Source: Dehalococcoidia bacterium (GTDB lineage: Bacteria > Chloroflexota > Dehalococcoidia > Lucifugimonadales > UBA1123). Taken from it: 64,000 nucleotides of DNA. Below the pieces are notes generated by a model. That model saw nothing but the letters and a program-made list of their open reading frames with translations. It did no database searches and was not told where the DNA came from. The position numbers and the translations under genes are program-made. Positions 57,066-64,000 of the stretch are shown in pieces. The DNA lies in assembly GCA_963664365.1 (NCBI GenBank), contig OY761144.1:318424-382423 (forward strand), written 5' to 3'. Every line of letters starts with the position of its first letter. The first letter of the stretch is position 1.

Positions 57066-58298
57066 ATGGCTCTGATTGTCCAGAAATACGGCGGCAGTTC
57101 GCTGGCCGACGCCGACAAGATCAAGAACGTCGCCCAGCGAATCGCGAGCGCAAAGGACAGTGGCAGCCGCGTCGTGGCCGTTGTCAGCGCCATGGGCGAC
57201 ACCACCGACGAACTAATCGACCTAGCCCGCCTGGTGGCCGACGACCCCGACCGCCGCGAACTCGACGTCCTCCTCTCCACCGGCGAGCTTAGGTCCTGCG
57301 CCCTGGTCGCCATGTCCTTGGTATCCTCCGGCCATCCCGCTATTAGTCTGAGCGGCGCCCAGGCTGGCATCCGCACCGACGACCGGTTCGGAATGGCGCA
57401 GATATCCGGGCTCGACCCAGACCGCATCATGAGCGAGCTTGACGACGACAAGATCGTCATCGTCGCCGGGTTCCAGGGCATCACCCCCGACATGGACACG
57501 ACCACGCTCGGCAGGGGCGCGTCCGACCTGACCGCCATCGCCATCGCCGCCGGACTTGGCGCAAAGAGGTGCGAGGTCTATACCGACGTGGACGGCATCT
57601 ACACCGCCGACCCTCGGCTGGTGCCCCGCGCGAGCAAGCTGGACGAGATCGGATTCGAGGCGATGCTGGAGCTTGCCAGCTACGGAGCCAAGATGAACCC
57701 CAGGTCTATCGAACTCGGAATGGTGTACGATACACCCATACTGGTCGGGTCGAGCTTCGAAGACCTGCCCGGTACACTCATTCACGGTGACGCGGACATG
57801 AACAGAAACGTAGGCGAAAAGCGCAACCGGGTTTCCGGCATCGCGACGGATACGAACGTAGCCAAGATAACCGTCCAGGGCGTCCGAGACAGGCCCGGTA
57901 TCGCGGCCAGCCTGTTCGAGCCTCTCGCGGAGGTGGGTATCAGCGTGGACGTGATCGTCCAGAACGCCAGCATCGGCGGGACCACAGACCTGACCTTCAC
58001 CGTAAAGCGCGACGACCTCGGCAGAGCCGAAAGCGTCGTCCGCAAGGTCGCGGAAGACCTCGGCAGCGAGCGATTGGTCACCGCGCAAAACCTGGCGAAG
58101 GTCAGCGTGGTCGGCACCGGAATGCAGGACGCCCCCGGCTACGCCAGCACGATGTTCCGAACACTCGCCGACGCGGACATCAACATCGAGATGATAACTA
58201 CTTCCGAGATACGAATAACCTGCATCGTCGCTGAGGAGCAGGTAGGCCCCGCGTCACGCGCGCTCCATACCGCCTTCGACCTCGATGCGCCCCGATAG
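57066..58298 (+). CDS. lysC: Aspartate kinase
   Basis: VQKYGGSS, VVSAMG, TTLGRG, DVDG..ADP, two ACT domains. Confidence 0.93.
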   Translation: MALIVQKYGGSSLADADKIKNVAQRIASAKDSGSRVVAVVSAMGDTTDELIDLARLVADDPDRRELDVLLSTGELRSCALVAMSLVSSGHPAISLSGAQAGIRTDDRFGMAQISGLDPDRIMSELDDDKIVIVAGFQGITPDMDTTTLGRGASDLTAIAIAAGLGAKRCEVYTDVDGIYTADPRLVPRASKLDEIGFEAMLELASYGAKMNPRSIELGMVYDTPILVGSSFEDLPGTLIHGDADMNRNVGEKRNRVSGIATDTNVAKITVQGVRDRPGIAASLFEPLAEVGISVDVIVQNASIGGTTDLTFTVKRDDLGRAESVVRKVAEDLGSERLVTAQNLAKVSVVGTGMQDAPGYASTMFRTLADADINIEMITTSEIRITCIVAEEQVGPASRALHTAFDLDAPR

Positions 58299-59034
58299 CG
58301 CTTTGGCAACGCCCGAAAGCCCCCTGCTCTCAGTCATCATTCCCGCTTTTAACGAATCGGATCGAATCGTTCCAACCCTGGACAAGATCGCGGCCTATCT
58401 CGAACGGCAGACATTCTCATGGGAAGTCCTGGTCGTGGACGACGGCAGCGCCGACGACACCTCCGACCTCGTCACCCGGTGGGCCGGGGATCGTCAGAAC
58501 GTCAGGCTGATCGCCAGAGAGCACTTCGGCAAGGGCTGGGCCGTGAGGGCCGGTATGCTGGAAGCAAAGGGCCGGTACCGCTTCATGTGCGACGCCGACC
58601 TCGCCATGCCGATCGAGTGGATCGACGCCTTCTTAGAGAGGATGGAGGCCGGAGCGGACATCGTCATCGGCTCGCGCGAGGCTCAGGGTGCCAGGCGATT
58701 CGACGAGCCCGGCTACCGGCACCTCATGGGCAGGGTCTTCAACAGGGTCGTTCGGCTGATGGCCGTGAAGGGGATCGAGGATACCCAATGCGGATTCAAG
58801 TGCTTCCGAGAAGGCGCCGCGACGGACCTGTTCAGCCGTCAGCGCATACGCGGAATGGGTTTCGACGCCGAGATCCTGTACATGGCCCAAAAGAGGGGAT
58901 ACGCCGTCGAAGAGATGCCGATAGACTGGTACTTCCAGACGGTCAGCAAGGTCAGGCCCGTGGCCGATACTATTGATATGTTCAAAGACACCGTTCTTAT
59001 AAGACTCAGGGACGTTTTCGGAAAGTATGACTGA
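58285..59034 (+). CDS. GT2 dolichyl/polyprenyl-phosphate glucosyltransferase-like
   Basis: IIPAFNE, DDGS, DAD, DTQCGFK, FDAE. Confidence 0.88.
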   Translation: MRPDSALATPESPLLSVIIPAFNESDRIVPTLDKIAAYLERQTFSWEVLVVDDGSADDTSDLVTRWAGDRQNVRLIAREHFGKGWAVRAGMLEAKGRYRFMCDADLAMPIEWIDAFLERMEAGADIVIGSREAQGARRFDEPGYRHLMGRVFNRVVRLMAVKGIEDTQCGFKCFREGAATDLFSRQRIRGMGFDAEILYMAQKRGYAVEEMPIDWYFQTVSKVRPVADTIDMFKDTVLIRLRDVFGKYD

Positions 59035-59818
59035 ACAGGATACATCCAACACGGCGTCCGCCCCCCGCGTCGCGGTCGTCGTCCCGACCTACAACGAGGC
59101 CGACAACCTGCCCGAGCTTTCCAAGCGGCTCTTCGACCTGGGAATCGCCGACCTCCGCCTGTACGTCGTGGACGATGGCTCGCCCGACGGGACCGCCGAC
59201 GTTGCCCGTGCCCTCTCCCAACGCTGCGACGGCCGTGTCCACGTCATATCGAGGCAGGAAAAGCAGGGACTTGGGACGGCCTACATAGCCGGGTTCAGAA
59301 GGGCGCTCGACGACTGCAGCGACTTCGTCGCGCAGATGGACGCCGATCTGTCCCATCCGCCCGAGCAGTTGCCCGCGATGCTCGAAAGATTGGAACAGGC
59401 CGACGTCGTCGTCGGCTCCCGCTACACCGCCTGCGGACGTGTTGACCCCGGTTGGAGCAAGAAGCGCCGACTGCTTAGCGCGTTCGGAAATCACGCCATA
59501 CGCATCGTGACCGGCGTGACCGTCAAGGATGTCACGTCCGGGTTCAAGATGTTCAGGGCCGACGCGCTCAGGTCGCTCGACGTGTCCGCGCTGCGCTGCA
59601 AGGGCTTCGGATTCCAGGCTGAGGTGGCCCACCAGTGCCAGGCTAGGCGATACACGGTGGTCGAGCATCCTATCACGTTCATAGACAGGATAAGGGGCAG
59701 GTCGAAGATGTCCCTGCATATCGTGGTGGAAGCGATCTGGCGGCTCTCTATGCTCAGGCTAAGAAACATCTTGACAAGCGCCAAATCTCGCTTGCCCGGC
59801 TTTTTCCGAATCGGCTAA
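59027..59818 (+). CDS. Polyprenol-phosphate mannose synthase (DPM1/Ppm1-like)
   Basis: PTYNE, DDGSPDGT, GLGTAY, MDADLSH, RIRGRSKM. Confidence 0.88.
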   Translation: MTEQDTSNTASAPRVAVVVPTYNEADNLPELSKRLFDLGIADLRLYVVDDGSPDGTADVARALSQRCDGRVHVISRQEKQGLGTAYIAGFRRALDDCSDFVAQMDADLSHPPEQLPAMLERLEQADVVVGSRYTACGRVDPGWSKKRRLLSAFGNHAIRIVTGVTVKDVTSGFKMFRADALRSLDVSALRCKGFGFQAEVAHQCQARRYTVVEHPITFIDRIRGRSKMSLHIVVEAIWRLSMLRLRNILTSAKSRLPGFFRIG

Positions 59819-59850
59819 GATTCTTCACACTCTCAAATGGGCGGACGCAA

Positions 59851-60714
59851 ATGAGCACACGCGGATTTGTGGACAAACGGAAAATCAGAGATGAGAGGGC
59901 AAAGAAGGCCGTCGCCCTCGCCATGAAGAACAGGTGGGAGGATGCGGCGGCGGTCAACCGCTCGATTATCAGGGAGTTTCCCAACGATATCGAGGCGTAC
60001 AACCGCCTCGGCAAGGCTCTGAGCGAACTGGGCCGGAACCGCGAGGCCCGGCAGGCTTTCCGGTTCGTCCTTCAGCGCTCACCCAACAACTCGATCGCCA
60101 AGAAAAATCTCAGCAGACTAACAAAGCTGGCCGACGCCGACGAGCCCAGGGCGATCAGCCGCGCCAGCCGAAATCCGCACACCTTCATCGAGGAGAGCGG
60201 CAAGGCCGGCGTGACCCTCCTGACCAAGCTCGCCCCGCCCGACGTGCTGCTGAAGCTCACGCCCGGCGACCTCGTCCACCTCCATACCGGACCCAGGGGG
60301 CTGAGCGTCACGGACGAGTCGGGCGCCTACCTCGGCGAAGTCGAGCAGAAGGTAGGCAAGCGCATCGCCAGGCTGATTCTGGGCGGCAACCGCTACGAGG
60401 CCACCGTCACCAGCGTCGAGGAGGGAGAACTTGCGATCATCATTCGAGAGACGTACAGAAGCGCGGCCCAGGCCGGATTCGTCTCGTTCCCCTCGCGCGG
60501 CGGCGTGGACTACCGCGTGAACATGGCCGCGGCGTCCGTCGGATACGGGGTCGGGATCAGGGAGCGAGAATTGGCCGTCGCCGAAACCGTCGCCGTAAAG
60601 GACTGGTCCAGCGACGATACCGAGCCCGGCGACGACGAGGCTTTCACGCCCGTAATCCACCGCATCATCAACTCCCCCGGCGAGGACGATGAAGACGACG
60701 TGGGACTGTTCTAA
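59851..60714 (+). CDS. TPR-containing protein with acidic tail
   Basis: EAYNRLGKAL...PNNSIAKKNL. Confidence 0.75.
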   Translation: MSTRGFVDKRKIRDERAKKAVALAMKNRWEDAAAVNRSIIREFPNDIEAYNRLGKALSELGRNREARQAFRFVLQRSPNNSIAKKNLSRLTKLADADEPRAISRASRNPHTFIEESGKAGVTLLTKLAPPDVLLKLTPGDLVHLHTGPRGLSVTDESGAYLGEVEQKVGKRIARLILGGNRYEATVTSVEEGELAIIIRETYRSAAQAGFVSFPSRGGVDYRVNMAAASVGYGVGIRERELAVAETVAVKDWSSDDTEPGDDEAFTPVIHRIINSPGEDDEDDVGLF

Positions 60715-60728
60715 CCCGCGCTATTCCC

Positions 60729-60807
60729 CCAAATCCACCACCACGTCCGTAGGGGCGGTTCGCGAACCGCCCCTACGGACATCCGGCGACTTGGTGGTGG
60801 ATTTTGG
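60729..60807. mobile_element. MITE-like element with TIRs around a GTAG REP hairpin
   Basis: CCAAATCCACCACCA ... TGGTGGTGGATTTTGG enclosing CCGTAGGGGCGGTTCGCGAACCGCCCCTACGG. Confidence 0.6.
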
Positions 60808-63800
60808 CCAGACGGAGTCGAGATGAGAAGAACACTCCTCCGGCAAGGACGATTGCCACGATCGCGATGACCGCCATCGTCCATAGTGGGAAGCCGCTCT
60901 CCTCGATGTTCGCATCCGCGCCGGCCGGAGTTGGCGTCGCGGTGGGCGTCGGCGTAGGCTCAGACGCCGGCGCCGCGGAGGGCAGCGGTGTGTGAGTCAC
61001 GGGGATCGCCAGCGTGAGTATCTTGATGGGCGTTGGCGCAAGAATCCCCTCAGGTTCAGGCGTCGGCGTTATAGTGGGCGCCGGGATTGGCGTTGGGGTC
61101 GGCGACGCGGCGGGCCGCCTCGCAGGTGTGGGCTTGGGCGTCTGCGTGGGCGTTGGGGTAGGCGAGAGCGTTGGCTCAGATGTGGGCGCTGGGGCAGGCG
61201 GGAGCGTATGCGCCGGTGTGGGAGTAAATGTCGGCGGCGGCGCTGGAGTAGGCTCAGGGGTTGGCGTGGATGTCGGCGGCGGTGTGGGAGTAGGCTCAGG
61301 GGTTGGCGTGGATGTCGGCGGCGGTGTGGGCGTTCGAGTAGGCGGGAGCGTTGGCTCAGGCGTTGGCATGGGTTGGGGCGTGGGGGAAGCGGTAGGCGTG
61401 GGATCGGGTCGAACAATGTCACTCGCGCCTGCCTCGGGCGTAGTCGATGCCAGCGCCATCGCGTCCGGATCGGGCGAGGGCAGAACCGGCAGCGTGGCCG
61501 GGCTCTCAGCCATCTTGCCGGGTCCGTGAGCGTCGGCGTAGGCAGCCGTCACCCTCAGCAGCTTGTCTTCGTCACCGGGCGTTGGCGCGTAGTCGGGGGA
61601 CGACGCTCCTTCCACGTCTATCCAGACCGTCCCGTCAGATGATGTCTGCCACTGCCAGGCGGTATCCGATACGCTGCCGTCGGGGTCGGACAGGATGGCT
61701 GTGACAATCTTGCCGGTCTCGGGTTCGTTGGAAGAGAGCGTTATCGCGCCGGGTTCGTCCACGTTGTTCACTTCGATGGTTATGGCGATATCGGCGCTCG
61801 AACCTTCCCTGTCAGTGGCGAACACGATTATCGAGTAGGCGCGCTTCGTCTCATAGTCCAGTTTTGCCGCGACCGTAATCTGTCCCGATTCCCGGTCCAC
61901 GCGGAAAGCCGAAGCGTCGGCTCCCAAAAGCGAGTAGGCGACATCGGCGTCGGGGGCCTGCTCCTTGACGATTACAGGACTGCCAACAGGAGACCCCTCA
62001 GCGGAGTTTTCATTCACCTTGAGGGTGATCCTTCGGGAATCGAATTGGGGCGCCGTCCACTTCACATTTGAGGTAGTCGCCTGGTTATCCGCGTTGGTTG
62101 AAACCGTCACGTCGCCGGGGGAAGCCGGCGGCTCGTCAACGTCACTCACAGGGTTGGCTTCATCGTCGTCTATGACGGTGACTGTGGAGGTAGAAGGACT
62201 GCCCGCGTTCACGCCGTCGTCGTTCGTGTCCAGTGTGAGCGTGACTTCGTCGTCCGCGGCGTCGTTGTCCTGGTCTCCTGATATCGTGAAACTGACGAAA
62301 CTCAGGCCTCGGGAGATGGTCAGATCGCCGTTTGAGTCGAGGCCGGAGAGAGTCGCGCCGTTCCCTGTCTTGGTGATCGTCAGCGTTACGTCGCGGTCGG
62401 CGGACGGGGTTACGTTGACCGTGGCGGTGGCGGTCGCCCCCTCGGCGACTGAGTAGGCGACCGCGCTGAAGCGGACGGTCAATGGCATCTTGTCAGTAGC
62501 GCCGCTGCCCTCGGCCCATGGGCCTTCGCCCTCGTCGTTGTTGGCGCGGACCCGCACCCGGTACGTGGCGCTGGAGTCCAAATTGGATATCGTCGTCTCT
62601 CTGGCGTCGTCGTCGAAGTTTAGATCGATCCAGTCAGTCTCTCCGTGAGCTCGGTACTGTACTTGGTACTTCAAGGGCGGACCAGTATTCTGAGCTATGG
62701 GCCACCGCGCCAGCAGTTCACTCGTACTCAGCGCGGATACCGTGACCGGAGCGACGCTGCCCGGCGGCTCAGCGACATCGCTCACCGTAACGTTCAGCGT
62801 GACGCTGGCGTCGGTTTCAGAGTCGGGGTTTCCGACGTTGTCCTTGCTGTCGCGCACACTTAGAGTCAGCGTAAACGATGACGCATCCTCGTAGTTCAGG
62901 CCGGATATCAGCGTGACCTGGCCGAGGCTGCTCACCTCGAAGCGCTCCGACCCTTCACCGGAGAGCGAGTAGGTCAACGGGTCGCCTTCGGGGTCAGTGG
63001 CAGCAATAGGATTGCCCAGCAATGCCCCTACTGGTGAGTCTTCGGGGATTGTGCGGTTCACAGTGGTAGATGCGAACGCCGGCGGAAGATTGGGGGTCTC
63101 GTCGTCCATGACGGTCACGGTGGAGGTGGAAGGATTTCCTACGTTCACGCCGCCGTCGGTCGTGCTCAGTGTGAGCATGATCTTGCCGTTCGTGGCGTCG
63201 TTGTCATGGTCGCCTGAGATCGTGAAACTGCCGGAGCTTAGGCCGCGGACGATGGTCAGGTTGCCTTTTGAGTCGAGGCCGGTTAGTGTCGCGCCGTCCC
63301 CGGCCTTGGTTATCGTCACCGTCACGTCGCGGTCGGCGGACGGGGTTACATTCACCGTGGCGGTGGTCGTCGCCCCCTCGGCGACTGAGTAGGCGGTCGC
63401 GCTGAAGCCGACGGTCAGCAGAGCCTCCGCGGTCTTGGCGCCGGACGTCGGCGACCACGGACCTTCACCCTCGACGTTGACCGCTCTTACCTGTGCGCCG
63501 TAGTAGGTATTGGAGGATAGGCCGGTAATCGTCGTCTCGGTGGTAGTGGCGGTGGATGCAAAGTCGTGAATGATCCAGTCAGTCTCACTCTGCGCTCTGT
63601 ATTGCGCCTCATATCCTGTGACGCTGGGAGCGCCAACCGGGAGGACGGGCGCGACCCATTTGAGTATCAGCATACTGGTCATGTCGGAGGCGCCGGAAGC
63701 GGAGAACCCCGGCTGTTTCATCGAGGGCGGCGGCTCGTCGATGTCAGTCACGTTTACCGTAATCGTCACCGGGGCTGAATTGTCTGTACCGTCGCTGGCG

Positions 63801-64000
63801 GTGACTGCCAACTCGTATCCGTTGTCTCCGCCCGTGTCGCTCGGGCTCTCGTAGTCGGGGGCGGTGACGAAGGACAGAACGCCTCCGTTGGTCACGCTGA
63901 ACAGCGCTCCGTCGGCCCCGGAAGCGATGCTCCAGCCGGTTATCGCGTCTCCGTCCGGGTCGGTAGCTTGCAGCGTGGCGACGGACGTTTGGTTCTCCGG
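60773..64000 (-). CDS. Large surface protein: cadherin, FN3 and Calx-beta-like repeats, Pro/Thr stalk, C-terminal TM (5' end outside window)
   Basis: Frame is open to 64000; DYE/LNYE cadherin motifs, Y.VRVRA.N.EGEGPW FN3 motifs, (TP)n. Confidence 0.88.
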   Translation of the reverse strand, partial: PENQTSVATLQATDPDGDAITGWSIASGADGALFSVTNGGVLSFVTAPDYESPSDTGGDNGYELAVTASDGTDNSAPVTITVNVTDIDEPPPSMKQPGFSASGASDMTSMLILKWVAPVLPVGAPSVTGYEAQYRAQSETDWIIHDFASTATTTETTITGLSSNTYYGAQVRAVNVEGEGPWSPTSGAKTAEALLTVGFSATAYSVAEGATTTATVNVTPSADRDVTVTITKAGDGATLTGLDSKGNLTIVRGLSSGSFTISGDHDNDATNGKIMLTLSTTDGGVNVGNPSTSTVTVMDDETPNLPPAFASTTVNRTIPEDSPVGALLGNPIAATDPEGDPLTYSLSGEGSERFEVSSLGQVTLISGLNYEDASSFTLTLSVRDSKDNVGNPDSETDASVTLNVTVSDVAEPPGSVAPVTVSALSTSELLARWPIAQNTGPPLKYQVQYRAHGETDWIDLNFDDDARETTISNLDSSATYRVRVRANNDEGEGPWAEGSGATDKMPLTVRFSAVAYSVAEGATATATVNVTPSADRDVTLTITKTGNGATLSGLDSNGDLTISRGLSFVSFTISGDQDNDAADDEVTLTLDTNDDGVNAGSPSTSTVTVIDDDEANPVSDVDEPPASPGDVTVSTNADNQATTSNVKWTAPQFDSRRITLKVNENSAEGSPVGSPVIVKEQAPDADVAYSLLGADASAFRVDRESGQITVAAKLDYETKRAYSIIVFATDREGSSADIAITIEVNNVDEPGAITLSSNEPETGKIVTAILSDPDGSVSDTAWQWQTSSDGTVWIDVEGASSPDYAPTPGDEDKLLRVTAAYADAHGPGKMAESPATLPVLPSPDPDAMALASTTPEAGASDIVRPDPTPTASPTPQPMPTPEPTLPPTRTPTPPPTSTPTPEPTPTPPPTSTPTPEPTPAPPPTFTPTPAHTLPPAPAPTSEPTLSPTPTPTQTPKPTPARRPAASPTPTPIPAPTITPTPEPEGILAPTPIKILTLAIPVTHTPLPSAAPASEPTPTPTATPTPAGADANIEESGFPLWTMAVIAIVAIVLAGGVFFSSRLRLAKIHHQVAGCP

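Overview
High-GC bacterial chromosome segment, most likely Chloroflexota/Dehalococcoidia (SAR202-like). This is an inference from dnaA followed directly by obgE with no dnaN, the SCO1664/DUF3090 pair, Uma2 genes and cadherin/FN3 surface proteins. The window probably contains the replication origin region (dnaA-oriC?-obgE). Housekeeping genes include moaD/E, miaB, nadA/C, otsA/B, rpsU, thrB, aspartokinase, a peptide ABC transporter and tRNA-Asp. They are interleaved with many defence or accessory genes and several families of small palindromic repeats. The most notable signals are six. (1) A tandem array of four AF2212-type antitoxin/VapC cassettes with conserved ends and variable cores; its repeated promoter block also fronts two cargo modules, a Type III-like mod/res plus a separate TnsA-like nuclease, and hicBA. 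(2) A DsbA-family gene with an in-frame UGA at the catalytic Cys position and a SECIS-like hairpin, i.e. a probable selenoprotein that the ORF track truncated. (3) Non-canonical DnaA boxes paired with an altered DnaA recognition helix. (4) An ATCase-like protein lacking its canonical active-site motifs. (5) A low-GC island with a primase remnant behind a LexA-type box, splitting the peptide ABC locus. (6) A long structured leader and a MITE-like element. All product calls come from motif recognition by eye; no database searches were run.
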